Origin: Acidimicrobiales bacterium
Lineage (GTDB): Bacteria > Actinomycetota > Acidimicrobiia > Acidimicrobiales > AC-9
Length of the DNA stretch: 64,000 nt
NCBI GenBank assembly: GCA_036491125.1
Contig: DASXCO010000059.1
Span: forward strand, 4,981-68,980
Reading direction: 5' to 3'
Shown here: positions 9,061-19,200 of the stretch, piece by piece
How positions within the stretch are numbered: the stretch's first letter is position 1
Layout of the letters: every line of letters starts with the position of its first letter
Program-made: the position numbers and the translations under genes
Notes under the pieces: generated by a model
What the model was told of the DNA's origin: nothing
Seen by the model: only the letters and a program-made list of their open reading frames with translations
Databases searched by the model: none

Positions 9061-10806
9061 TCACGCCCGCAGCGGATCGACCTCGATGCGAAGTCGCCCG
9101 GGCGGACGGGGCGCGGCGGCCAGCGCGTCGCACAGGACCCGATGATCGGGCGCCCGGATCAGCCAGCGTCCGTCGTCGGGACCGAGCACGTCGACCGCCC
9201 GGGTGTCGAGCCCGGCCGCGTAGCGCTCGCCGGACGAGCCGGAGACGAGAGCAAGGGCGGTGGCCGGGGGCAATCCGAGGGCCGATCGCCGCTCGCCGTC
9301 GACGGCGGCCAGGCGTCCCGGATCGGCGTGGAGGGAGGCGTCGATCACCTCGTTCCCCGGCAACCGGGTCTGCACGACGATCCGACCTCCCCCCCGGCCC
9401 CCTACCAGGCGCGAGGCCCGTGCCAGCAGGGCCAGGGCCTGCTCGCTGGCCCGAAACCGGGGAGCCAACAGCTCCTGATCGAAGTCGAGGAAGACGACGG
9501 TTCCCGCCCCCCGAATGCGGTGGAGCACGGCCTCGGTACCCACGAGAACGGGAGCGTCCAGGTTGACGTCGACGGTGCGCGAGCTCACCTCGCCGACGGG
9601 CATCCCCGCCAGCGCCTCCAGCTCGTCCCGGGCCTTCGCCACGCCGGGCCGGAGGGCCCGCCACCGCCGTGATCCGCACGACGCGCACACGTCCGGACGC
9701 TCCTCACCACAGCGCCGGCACCGGAAAGCGGCGGTGGTATCGGCCTGGGCCAGGGGGCCCTGGCAGCGCTCGCAGCGAGCCAGCTCACCGCAGGCTCCGC
9801 AGGCGAGGAGCCGAGCGCGACCGGTTCTGTTGAGCACGCACACCACGCGCTCGCTGGGCGTCGCGCCCGCCGCCCGGGCCACAGTGACCAGCCGTTCGGA
9901 GAACAGCCCCGACCTCGGATCCTCCTTCCGGCGGTCGACGACCTCGAGCGTTGCCCACCCCTGCCGCTCGGCCCGGCGCGATCCCGTGACGAGCCGACCC
10001 CAGTCCAGCTGCTCGAGAGTCGGGCAGGGGGAGACGAGCAGGCACGGGGCGCCGGACCGCGCTGCCCGCTCCGCGGCCACGACCCAGGCGTTCCATGTCG
10101 GGGCCCGCTCCTCGGTGTGCCCCTCGTCGTGGGCGTCGAGCACGACCGCGCGCGACAACTTCGGCACCCGAGCCCAGGCCGCCGATCTGGTGCCGACGGC
10201 CACCCGGCCGCCGGCCGCGGCCTCCGCCCAGCCGGCGGGCAGGAGCGCGACGGAGTGACCGCGGCGACCGAGGCGGTCGGCAGTGCGGGCCGCCCAGTCC
10301 TGGCTCGGCACCACGACCAGTGCCCCCTCGCCGGCCGCGCGGTCGGCGACCGCCCTCTCGACCAGGGGGAAGGGGTCCGCGGCCGGAGGCAGTCGGACGA
10401 CGGACCGGCGGTGCGCCATGGCCTCGGCGACGACACCTTCCTCCAGATCACCCGCCGGGCCCGAGGTGGCGCGGGAGGCGTCGCTGCGGGCTGCCTGGGG
10501 TAGCTCCCGAACCGCTCTCGGCGGAGAGGCGGTGGCCAGGAACGCGCCGGTGCGCCCCGCCCAGCGCCACGCCGCCCAACCAGCCAGCTCCACGAGATCG
10601 GCCGCCGGGCCCAGGCCGGTCACTCCGGCGATCGGCCGCAGCACGACACCCTCCGGGGGCGTGACGCGGTCCGCCACCACCCAACCGCCGACGCGTCGTC
10701 CGTGGAGGCCGATCCTCACCCGGACGCCGACCGAGACGCGGTCGTCGAACTTCGGAGGAACCAGGTAGTCGAACGGCCGGTCGATGCCCGCCACGTCGGG
10801 CAGCAC
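9061..10806 (-). CDS. priA: Primosomal protein N' (PriA) homologue, actinobacterial type with degenerate helicase motifs
   Basis: VLPDVAGIDRPFDYLVP at the N-terminus and the zinc-binding Cys clusters CGACGELARCERCQGPL...CRRCG...CASCGS. The start was set to the GTG at 10806, because the ORF-track N-terminus overlaps metK. Confidence 0.85.
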   Translation of the reverse strand: MLPDVAGIDRPFDYLVPPKFDDRVSVGVRVRIGLHGRRVGGWVVADRVTPPEGVVLRPIAGVTGLGPAADLVELAGWAAWRWAGRTGAFLATASPPRAVRELPQAARSDASRATSGPAGDLEEGVVAEAMAHRRSVVRLPPAADPFPLVERAVADRAAGEGALVVVPSQDWAARTADRLGRRGHSVALLPAGWAEAAAGGRVAVGTRSAAWARVPKLSRAVVLDAHDEGHTEERAPTWNAWVVAAERAARSGAPCLLVSPCPTLEQLDWGRLVTGSRRAERQGWATLEVVDRRKEDPRSGLFSERLVTVARAAGATPSERVVCVLNRTGRARLLACGACGELARCERCQGPLAQADTTAAFRCRRCGEERPDVCASCGSRRWRALRPGVAKARDELEALAGMPVGEVSSRTVDVNLDAPVLVGTEAVLHRIRGAGTVVFLDFDQELLAPRFRASEQALALLARASRLVGGRGGGRIVVQTRLPGNEVIDASLHADPGRLAAVDGERRSALGLPPATALALVSGSSGERYAAGLDTRAVDVLGPDDGRWLIRAPDHRVLCDALAAAPRPPGRLRIEVDPLRA

Positions 10807-10855
10807 CCGGACGACCCGGCGGTCGGCCGACTGCCGGCGCCGGCCGTCCTCGCGA

Positions 10856-10874
10856 GCCGCCCTTCCGGGGCGGC
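10856..10874 (-). terminator. GC-rich hairpin about 30 nt downstream of the metK stop, with no U-tract
   Basis: GCCGCCC-TTCCG-GGGCGGC: a perfect 7-bp stem with a 5-nt loop. It has the same architecture as the def-priA hairpins. Confidence 0.3.
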
Positions 10875-10901
10875 CGTCCGGGTCGGCGGTCGGGACGCCG
10901 C

Positions 10902-12116
10902 CTAGAGACCCAACGACCGCTTCACGTCCTCGAGGCGCGGGGTGGCCTCCCAGGTGAACTCCTTGTCCGGCCGCCCGAAGTGGCCATAGGCGGCGGTGCG
11001 CCGGTAGATGGGGCGCAACAGGTCGAGGTCGCGGATGATGGCCGCCGGCCGGAGGTCGAAGACCTCCCTGACCGCGCCCACGATGGCCGCCGGGTCCACC
11101 GTCTCGGTCCCGAAGGTCTCGACCATGACCGAGACGGGCTGGGCCACGCCGATGGCGTAGGCCACCTGGATCTCGCATCGACGGGCCGCACCGGCGGCCA
11201 CGATGTGCTTGGCCACCCATCGGGCGGCGTAGGCGGCCGAGCGGTCGACCTTGCTTGGGTCCTTGCCCGAGAAGGCGCCGCCGCCGTGGCGAGCTGCGCC
11301 ACCATAGGTGTCCACGATGATCTTGCGCCCCGTGAGGCCCGTGTCGGCGTGCGGGCCGCCGAGCTCGAACAGGCCCGTCGGGTTGGCGAGCACGTTCATG
11401 GAGTCGACGTCGAGGTCGGTCGGAAGCAACGGGTGGATCACGTGCTCCCGCAGATCGGGCAGGAGCAGCGTGTCCAGATCGATCCCCGGCTGGTGCTGGG
11501 TGGAGATGAGGATGGTGTCGAGCCGGATGGGACGGTTGTCCTCGTACTCCACGGTCACCTGGGTCTTGCCGTCAGGCCGGAGGTAGGGCAGCACGCCCGC
11601 CCGGCGGACCTCCGACAGGCGGTGGGCCAACCGGTGCGCCAACCAGATGGGCATGGGCATGAGGTCGGGTGTCTCGTCCGAGGCGAAGCCGAAGACCATG
11701 CCCTGGTCCCCCGCGCCCTGGGCGTTGAGCTGGTCCTCGCCGCCCTTGCCGGACCGCAGCTCCCACGCCGAGGTCACACCCTGGCCGATGTCCGTGGACT
11801 GCTCGTCGATGGACACGACGACCCCGCAGGTGTGACCGTCGAAGCCGAACGACTCGCGGTCGTAGCCCACGCTGCACACGGTGTCCCGCACCAGGCGGGC
11901 GATGTCGACGTACCCGATGGTGGTGATCTCGCCGGCGACCACCACGAGCCCGGTGGTGAGGAGCGTCTCGCAGGCGACGCGGCCATTGGGGTCCTCGGTC
12001 AAGATGGCGTCGAGCACGGCGTCGGAGACCTGGTCCGCCATCTTGTCGGGGTGACCCTCGGTCACAGACTCGGACGTGAAGGTGTAACGGGTGCTCATGA
12101 CGATCTCCTTGCCCAA
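10902..12116 (-). CDS. metK: S-adenosylmethionine synthase
   Basis: Motifs [23 protein letters not shown] and [18 protein letters not shown]. Confidence 0.97.
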   Translation of the reverse strand: MGKEIVMSTRYTFTSESVTEGHPDKMADQVSDAVLDAILTEDPNGRVACETLLTTGLVVVAGEITTIGYVDIARLVRDTVCSVGYDRESFGFDGHTCGVVVSIDEQSTDIGQGVTSAWELRSGKGGEDQLNAQGAGDQGMVFGFASDETPDLMPMPIWLAHRLAHRLSEVRRAGVLPYLRPDGKTQVTVEYEDNRPIRLDTILISTQHQPGIDLDTLLLPDLREHVIHPLLPTDLDVDSMNVLANPTGLFELGGPHADTGLTGRKIIVDTYGGAARHGGGAFSGKDPSKVDRSAAYAARWVAKHIVAAGAARRCEIQVAYAIGVAQPVSVMVETFGTETVDPAAIVGAVREVFDLRPAAIIRDLDLLRPIYRRTAAYGHFGRPDKEFTWEATPRLEDVKRSLGL

Positions 12117-13390
12117 CGGGCGACCACGGTGTCCAGCACGGCGCGGGCCACCGTCTGCTTGTCTGTCAAGCCGACCTCGTGCTCGGTTCCGTCGGCGGCG
12201 ATGATGACGACGGCGTTGGTGTCGTGCTCGAACCCGACGCCTGGAGCAGACACATCGTTCGCCACGATGAGGTCGATGCCCTTGTCGGCAAGCTTCGCCG
12301 CGGCCCGGGCGACGACCTCCCGGGTGTCCGCCGCGAAGCCGACGAGGGTCTGTCCGGGCCGCCGGCGGCGACCGAGGGCGGCCAGGATGTCAGGGGTCGG
12401 CTCGAGCACGATCTCGGGTACCCCGTCCGCTTTGCTGAGCTTGTCGTTGGCGACCGACTTGGGTCGGAAGTCCGCCACCGCGGCCGCCATCACGAGGATC
12501 TCGGCGTCGTCGCTGCGCTCGAGCAGGGCAGTCTCCATCTCCACGGCCGTCTCGACGGGCACGACATCGACGCCCGGCGCCGCAGGCCGCTGGGTCGTCG
12601 TCACCAACGTGACCAGCGCGCCGCGGCGCGCCGCCTCGTCGGCCACGGCATGACCCTGCTTGCCCGACGAGCGGTTCCCGATGAAGCGGACCGGATCGAT
12701 GGGCTCCCGTGTTCCCCCCGCGCTGACCAACACGTGCAGCCCGTCCAGGTCGCCACCGACCCCGGCCAGCGCCGCAGTGACCGCGGCGAGCACCGTCTCG
12801 GGCTCGGCCAGGCGCCCGGCCCCCACGTCGCCGCCAGCCAGATGGCCGACGCCAGGCTCGACCACCCGCACCCCCCGGCGGCGCAGGATCGCCAGGTTGT
12901 CCTGCACCGCGGGGTGCTCCCACATCTCGGTGTGCATAGCCGGCGCCAGCACCACCTCGGCCCGGGTGGCCAGGAGGGTGGCGCTCAGCAGGTCGTCGGC
13001 CAACCCGTGCGCGTAGCGACCGATGAGCCTCGCCGTCGCCGGAACCACGAGCACCAGATCGGCCGACTGGCCAAGTCTGGTGTGGGGAATCGGGTCGTCG
13101 TCCTCCCACAGCGACGAGCGCACGCGCTCCGACGCCAGGGCCGAGAACGTCACCTCGCCCACGAACCGCCTGGCGTCCTCTGACAGCACCGGAATGACGT
13201 GGCACCCTTCGTCCACCAGCCGCCGGCACACCTCCACTGCTTTGTAGGCGGCGATGCCCCCGGTGACGCCGAGGACGATGCGCCGGCCCGAGAGCGCAGA
13301 CGTCTTTCCGGGCCGGCCTCCCGGGCCGGCCGTGTTTCCGGGCCGGCCTCCCGGGCCGGGCGTGCGCCCGCCTGCCTCCCCAGCCATCAC
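12095..13390 (-). CDS. coaBC: Bifunctional phosphopantothenoylcysteine decarboxylase / phosphopantothenate-cysteine ligase
   Basis: [11 protein letters not shown] marks the CoaC half and NRSSGKQG the CoaB half. There is no alternative canonical start between 13387/13390 and the conserved N-terminus. Confidence 0.92.
   Translation of the reverse strand: MMAGEAGGRTPGPGGRPGNTAGPGGRPGKTSALSGRRIVLGVTGGIAAYKAVEVCRRLVDEGCHVIPVLSEDARRFVGEVTFSALASERVRSSLWEDDDPIPHTRLGQSADLVLVVPATARLIGRYAHGLADDLLSATLLATRAEVVLAPAMHTEMWEHPAVQDNLAILRRRGVRVVEPGVGHLAGGDVGAGRLAEPETVLAAVTAALAGVGGDLDGLHVLVSAGGTREPIDPVRFIGNRSSGKQGHAVADEAARRGALVTLVTTTQRPAAPGVDVVPVETAVEMETALLERSDDAEILVMAAAVADFRPKSVANDKLSKADGVPEIVLEPTPDILAALGRRRRPGQTLVGFAADTREVVARAAAKLADKGIDLIVANDVSAPGVGFEHDTNAVVIIAADGTEHEVGLTDKQTVARAVLDTVVARWARRSS
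13305..13364. repeat. 30-bp tandem duplication, in frame, within the 5' end of coaBC
   Basis: tttccgggccggcctcccgggccggccgtg followed by tttccgggccggcctcccgggccgggcgtg. These encode [10 protein letters not shown] and [10 protein letters not shown]. The segment contains the hairpin GGCCGGCC-TCCCG-GGCCGGCC (13311-13331). Confidence 0.9.
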
Positions 13391-13418
13391 TCCGTCGGCC
13401 TCCCCGCCGGCCCGACGG

Positions 13419-13688
13419 CTACTTGACCGACTCCTCGACGTCCTCGGGCCGCACGTAGACGATCTTGCTGGCCGCCACCTCTTCCATGGCGATCGACAAC
13501 GGCTTGCGCGACACCGAGGTCACCTGGGGGGGCACGATGGCGCCCAGCCCGTCGCCCAGCTGGTTGAAGTACGAGTTGATCTGACGGCCCCGCTTGGCAG
13601 CCAGGGTGACCAGGGTGAACTTCGAGTCGACCTTGTCGAGCAGGTCCTCGACGGCTGGTTCCATCATCGTGCTGCGGCGTTCGGCCAT
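13419..13688 (-). CDS. rpoZ: DNA-directed RNA polymerase subunit omega
   Basis: Motif VEDLLDKVDSKFTLVTLAAKRGRQINSY. Confidence 0.88.
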   Translation of the reverse strand: MAERRSTMMEPAVEDLLDKVDSKFTLVTLAAKRGRQINSYFNQLGDGLGAIVPPQVTSVSRKPLSIAMEEVAASKIVYVRPEDVEESVK

Positions 13689-13712
13689 CTGACTCCTTCG
13701 GGGCGCGCTTCC

Positions 13713-14249
13713 TCAGGAACCGCGATGAGCAGCCAGTATACCGAGCAGCTCCCCCACGGCCTGATCGGCGGAGTCGTTCACGACCACGTGATCGGCGATC
13801 CGACGGCCCTCGGACTCCTCCCGGGCCGCCAGCTCCAGCCGGCGGGCTACGTGCTCCTCGTCGTCACCCCGGACCCGGAGCCGCTCGGCCTGGGCATCCG
13901 GCGTGGGTGCCACCAGCAGGACGACCACGGCGGTCGGGTCGGCCTCCCGGATCTGACGGGCTCCCTGCACGTCGATCTCCAGCAGCACATCGTGGCCCGG
14001 CGGGGCATCCGCCGTGGGCGTGCCGTACAGGTGCCCGAGGTAGGACGCGGACTCGAGGAAGCCCCCCTCCCGGAGCCGGGACTCGAAGGTGGCGCGGTCG
14101 ACGAAGCAGTACGCGTTGGCGCCCTCTCCTGGGCGACGCGGTCGGGTGGTCCACGACCGGCTCAGCCACAGCGCCGGGTCGGCGCTGGCCAGTCGCTCGG
14201 CGACGGTGCTCTTGCCGACCCCTCCCGGACCGGAGATCACGACGATCAG
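13713..14249 (-). CDS. gmk: Guanylate kinase
   Basis: Motifs (LIV)VISGPGGVGKSTV and SWTTRPRRPGE. The ORF-track GTG at 14240 leaves only 2 residues before SGPGG. A CTG at 14249 overlaps the mihF TGA (CTGA). Confidence 0.85.
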   Translation of the reverse strand: MIVVISGPGGVGKSTVAERLASADPALWLSRSWTTRPRRPGEGANAYCFVDRATFESRLREGGFLESASYLGHLYGTPTADAPPGHDVLLEIDVQGARQIREADPTAVVVLLVAPTPDAQAERLRVRGDDEEHVARRLELAAREESEGRRIADHVVVNDSADQAVGELLGILAAHRGS

Positions 14250-14566
14250 GAGCGGGCAGTCTCCCGAAGCAGGGCCTCTCGCTGGTTGACGCCGAGTCCC
14301 TGCACGCGGCGGGACTCGCTGATCCCGATGTCCTCCATCATCCGGCGGGCTTTCACCTTGCCGAGACCGGGAAGCGACTCGAGGACGGAGATGACCTTCA
14401 TCTTCCCGACGGTGTCGTTCTGCCCGCCCTGCTCGAGCAGCTCCTCGAGGCTGAGCGAGCCCATCTTGAGCTTCTCTTTCAGCTCCGCCCGCGCTCGACG
14501 GGCAGCGGCCGCCTTCTCCAGAGCGGCCTGGCGCTGATCCGGTGACAGAGAGGGGGGGCGAGGCAT
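14246..14566 (-). CDS. mihF: Integration host factor, actinobacterial type (mIHF)
   Basis: MPRPPSLSPDQRQAALEKAAAARRARAELKEKLK...GKMKVISVLESLPGLGKVKARRMMEDIGI closely resembles mycobacterial mIHF. The start was set to the ATG at 14566, because the longer ORF overlaps pyrF. Confidence 0.85.
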   Translation of the reverse strand: MPRPPSLSPDQRQAALEKAAAARRARAELKEKLKMGSLSLEELLEQGGQNDTVGKMKVISVLESLPGLGKVKARRMMEDIGISESRRVQGLGVNQREALLRETARS

Positions 14567-14615
14567 GACGCGCACCATAGCGCCACCAGACCGTGCCCGT
14601 CGTCCGAGCGGGGGG

Positions 14616-15302
14616 TTATACGGCCAGCGAGGAGGCCAACGCCTCGGCCGCCGCCTCGGGGTCATCGGCGGCCGTCACGGCCCGGCCGACGACCAGCAAG
14701 TCGGCTCCGGCGCTCAGGGCCGCGTGTGGCGTGGCCGCTCGAGACTGATCGTCGTGCGCCGTCCCCGCCGGTCGGATACCGGGGACAACGGCGAGCAGCG
14801 GCGGGGCGAGGCGCTTCGCCGTGCCGATGTCCTCGGCCGCACACACCACGCCACCGCACCCGGCCTCCGCAGCGACGAGGACGCGCCCGGCGACAACACC
14901 CTCACCCGGCTCTCGAACACTGGTGAGCACGGTCACGCCCAGCGCCGACGGCGGGCTTGCTCCGATCGACGCCGCGCCCTCGGCCAGGCCCTCCACCCCG
15001 GCCCGCAGCATGGCAGTGCCGCCCTCGGCATGGAGGGTGAGGTAGCGAGCGCCGCGTCGACCGAGCGCCCGGGCGGCTCGTCCCACGGTGGTGGGGATGT
15101 CGTGCAACTTGAGGTCGAGGAGGACGGGGAAGCCGAGCCGGGCGAGCTCGTCGACGGCGCGGGGACCCGCGGCCCCGAACAGCTCCAGGCCGACCTTGGC
15201 CACGGAGAACCAGGGTTCGAGACGACGGGCCAGCCCGACGGCGACGTCGAGGTCGTCGACATCGAGCGCCAGGGCGAGATGCTCGCGTGCGGGCTCAGCC
15301 AT
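14616..15302 (-). CDS. pyrF: Orotidine 5'-phosphate decarboxylase
   Basis: Motifs LALALDVDD and LDLKLHDIPTTV. Confidence 0.9.
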   Translation of the reverse strand: MAEPAREHLALALDVDDLDVAVGLARRLEPWFSVAKVGLELFGAAGPRAVDELARLGFPVLLDLKLHDIPTTVGRAARALGRRGARYLTLHAEGGTAMLRAGVEGLAEGAASIGASPPSALGVTVLTSVREPGEGVVAGRVLVAAEAGCGGVVCAAEDIGTAKRLAPPLLAVVPGIRPAGTAHDDQSRAATPHAALSAGADLLVVGRAVTAADDPEAAAEALASSLAV

Positions 15303-16227
15303 GGGCCGCTCCGATCAGCTCGGCGAGACGGGTGACGTCGTGGTCCTGGCACCACCGGGCCACCTCGGCGAGGACCCGAGACGGAGCCCGGGGGTTGGCG
15401 AAGGTGGCCGTGCCGACCTGGACGGCGGCGGCTCCCGCGAGCACCAGCTCGACGGCGTCAGTTCCCCTTGTCACCCCGCCGACGCCGACGATGGAAGCGG
15501 TGGGAAACGCGGCGCGACAGTCGTGCACGGCGCGCACCGCGATCGGATGAATGGCCGGTCCGGAGAGCCCCCCGCCACCGGCGCCCAGGCGCGGGACGCG
15601 GGTCTCGGGATCGATGGCCAGACCCAGCACGGTGTTGACCAGGGTGAGCGACTCGGCCCCGGCGTCCAGCGCGGCGCCGGCGATCTCGCACAGGTCGGCC
15701 ACGTTGGGGCTGAGCTTGGCCCAGCAGGGCCGGCCTCCGGCTGCGCTGGCCGAGACGGCCTCGGCGGTGGCGGTCGGTGAGTGGGCGAACATCTGCCGGC
15801 GGTCCTCGAGGTTGGGACAGCTCACGTTGACCTCGATGGCCACGACCTCGGGCGGGGCATCGGACAGCATCGTCGCCGCCTTGGCGAAGTCGTCGACCCG
15901 CTGCCCCCAGATGCTGGCGACCACCCTGGCGCCCGTCTCGAGCAGCGGCGGAAGGTCGCGCTCCAGCCATGACTCGACTCCCGGCCCCTGGAGGCCGACG
16001 CTGTTGAGCATCCCGGCGCTGGTGCCGTGCACCCGGGGGGCCGGGTTGCCGGGGTAGGGCTCGGCCGACAGTGACTTGACTACCACGGCCCCGAGCGACC
16101 CGAGCTCTATGTAGGAAGCCAGCTCGGCGCCGTGACCGGACGTCCCCGAGGCCGTCATGATCGGGTTGGGAAGCGCCAGTGACCCGACCTGTGTGCGGAG
16201 ATCGACCGGCGGGTGGGCCCGTCTCAC
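15295..16227 (-). CDS. pyrD: Dihydroorotate dehydrogenase, class 1 type with a Cys catalytic base
   Basis: Motifs LPNPIMTASGTSG and IEVNVSCPN. Confidence 0.9.
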   Translation of the reverse strand: MRRAHPPVDLRTQVGSLALPNPIMTASGTSGHGAELASYIELGSLGAVVVKSLSAEPYPGNPAPRVHGTSAGMLNSVGLQGPGVESWLERDLPPLLETGARVVASIWGQRVDDFAKAATMLSDAPPEVVAIEVNVSCPNLEDRRQMFAHSPTATAEAVSASAAGGRPCWAKLSPNVADLCEIAGAALDAGAESLTLVNTVLGLAIDPETRVPRLGAGGGGLSGPAIHPIAVRAVHDCRAAFPTASIVGVGGVTRGTDAVELVLAGAAAVQVGTATFANPRAPSRVLAEVARWCQDHDVTRLAELIGAAHG

Positions 16228-16237
16228 GATGTCCGTC

Positions 16238-19200
16238 TCACAGGGGCAGCCGCAGCTGGTCGCCCTGGTGCAGCTCCTGCAGCGACCGCACCGTCAACGG
16301 GTGGCCGGCCCAGTCGGCGATCCCGGCGGCCGCGGCGCGCGCCGCCGCCACCGTGGTCAGGCAGGGCACGCCGTGCACGCTGGCCGCGGTACGGATGTGA
16401 GCGCCGTCGGCGCGTGGTCCGCGACCGCGAGGGGTGTTCACCACCAGCTTGACCTTGCCGCTGGCGATGAGCTCGATGGCATCGACGCCCTCGTCATCGC
16501 CTCTGCGCCTCGCCTCCCCCACCTTGGCCACCACTGTCTCCACGGGCACGCCGTGCTCCTCGAGGTACGCTGCCGTCCCGCCGGTGGCAGCGAGCGAGAA
16601 GCCGAGCTCGACGAAGCGGACGGCGGCGCCGAGGCCGGTCGACTTGTCGCGATCGGCCAGTGAGAGGAACACGGCGCCGGCGTCCGGGAGGCGCGCTCCG
16701 GCCGCCATCTGGCTCTTGGCGAAGGCGAGGCCGAAGGTCCGGTCGACGCCCATCACCTCTCCGGTCGAGCGCATCTCTGGTCCCAGCAGCGTGTCGACGT
16801 CCGGGAACCGTCCGAAGGGCAGCACCGCTTCCTTCACGCTGACGCGATCGCCGCCGCCCGGCGATCCCAGCATTCCCTCTGCCCGCAGCTCGGCAAGCGT
16901 GGCCCCCAGGATCACCCGGGCGGCAACCTTGGCGAGGGGCACGCCGGTGGCCTTGGCCACGAACGGCACTGTCCGGCTGGCCCGCGGGTTCGCCTCGATA
17001 ACGAACACCTGCCCCTGCTTGACCGCGTACTGGACGTTGATCGGCCCCCGAACATCGAGAGCGTCAGCGATGGCCCGGGTGTAACTCTCGATCACCTCCA
17101 AGGTGGACGCGGGCAAGGTTGGCGGCGGGATCACACACGCCGAGTCGCCGGAGTGCACGCCCGCCTCCTCGACGTGCTCCATCACGGCGCCGATCACGGT
17201 CTCGCCAACGCGGTCGCGCACGGCGTCGACGTCCACCTCGATGGCATCTTCGAGGAACCGATCCACGAGCACAGGCCGCTCGGCCGACAGGCCGCCCTCG
17301 CGCCCGAGGGAGCCGGCGGCGCCCGTACCCCCGAACGGGGCCAGGGCAGCCATCGCCTGCCGCAGGCCCGGCTCGTCGTAGACGATCTCCATGGCCCGGC
17401 CCCCGAGCACGTAGCTGGGGCGCAGCAGGGCCGGGTAGCCGATCCGCCCGAGCACGGCCAGGGCCTCGTCGACCGACGTCGCGGTCGCCCCCGCCGGCTG
17501 GGGGATCTCCAGGCGGGCGCACAGCGCGCTCCACCGCTCCCGGTCCTCGGCCAGGTCGATGGCGTCCGGGCTCGTGCCCAGCACCAGATGACGGGGGAGC
17601 CGACCAGCCAGCTTGAGAGGGGTCTGCCCGCCAAGGCCCACGATCACCCCGACGACGCGGCCGCCCGCCTCGGCGGCCGAGTGCTCGGCGTCGATGACGT
17701 TGCGCACCTCCTCCTCTCCCACAGGCTCGAAGTAGAGGCGATCGCTGGTGTCGTAGTCCGTCGAGACGGTCTCGGGGTTGGAGTTGACCATGACGGTCTC
17801 GTAGCCCGCCTGGCGCAGGGCGAAGCTCGCCTGCACGCAGCAGTAGTCGAACTCGATCCCCTGGCCGATGCGGTTGGGTCCCGACCCGAGCACGATCACC
17901 GTCGGTCGGCGACTGGGTCGGACCTCGTCCTCGTCCTCGTAGGTCGAGTAGTGGTACGGCGTCGCCGCCTCGAACTCGGCGCCACAGGTGTCGACGGTCT
18001 TGAAGGTGGGTCGCACGCCGGCGGCGAGGCGGGCTCGGCGGACGGCATCTTCCGTCGAGACGAGCAGGCGCGCCAGCTGCGCGTCCCCGAACCCCAGGCG
18101 CTTGGCCCGCCGCCAGTCGCTCCGGCTCATGTCCCGGACGTTGCCGCCAGCCAGGCGCTCCCGCTCGTCCACGATGCGCCCGATCTGGCCGAGGAACCAG
18201 TGGTCGACCCCGGTAGCCGAGGCCAGGCGATCGCCGCCGATCCCGCGGCGCAGGGCCGCCTCCAGTTGGAAGGGCCGATCCGGAGTCGCCACCGACGCCC
18301 GCCGCACGAGCTCGTCGTCAGACAGCGAGTCGAGGGCAGTCTCGCCTGGGTCGCAGTTCAGGCCCCAACGGCCGTGCTCGAGGGAACGGAGGGCCTTCTG
18401 CAGGGACTCGGGGAAGGTGCGGCCGATGGCCATGGCCTCGCCCACCGACTGCATGCTGGCCCCCAGGGCGTCGGGGATCCCGGGGAACTTCTCGAACGCC
18501 CAGCGCGGGACCTTTGTCACGACGTAGTCGATGGTGGGCTCGAAGCTGGCGGGTGTCTCGCGCGTGATGTCGTTGGCGATCTCGTCCAGCGTGTAGCCGA
18601 CGGCCAACCGGGCCGCGATCTTTGCGATGGGAAACCCGGTCGCCTTGGAGGCCAACGCGCTCGAGCGGGACACGCGCGGGTTCATCTCGATCACCACCAT
18701 GTCGCCGCGCTCGGGATCGACGGCGAACTGGATGTTGGAGCCGCCGGTCTCGACCCCGATGCGACGGATGCACGCGAAGGCTGCGTCGCGCATCCGCTGG
18801 TACTCGACGTCGGCCAGCGTCTGGATCGGCGCCACCGTGATCGAGTCCCCGGTGTGGACGCCCATGGGATCGAGGTTCTCGATCGAGCACACGACCACGC
18901 AGTTGTCGACTCTGTCGCGCATGACCTCGAGCTCGTACTCCTTCCAACCGGCGATGGAGCGCTCGATGAGGATCTCCGAGATGGGGCTGGTGGCGAGGGC
19001 GGTGCGGGCCAGGGCGCGGAAGCTGTCCGGGTCGTGGGCGATGCCCGTGCCGGCTCCCCCCAGGATGAACGAGGGGCGCACGATGAGCGGGAAGCCGATC
19101 TCCTGGGCCACACCGAGCGCTTCCTCGAAGTTGTAGGCGAATCCCGATGGCGGGACGGACAGGCCGATCTCGGTCATCGCCGCCTTGAAGCGCTCACGGT

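Noticed and set aside
12095-12116. Looked for a SAM riboswitch or leader upstream of metK
   Set aside because: The metK start overlaps the 3' end of coaBC by 22 nt, so there is no leader.
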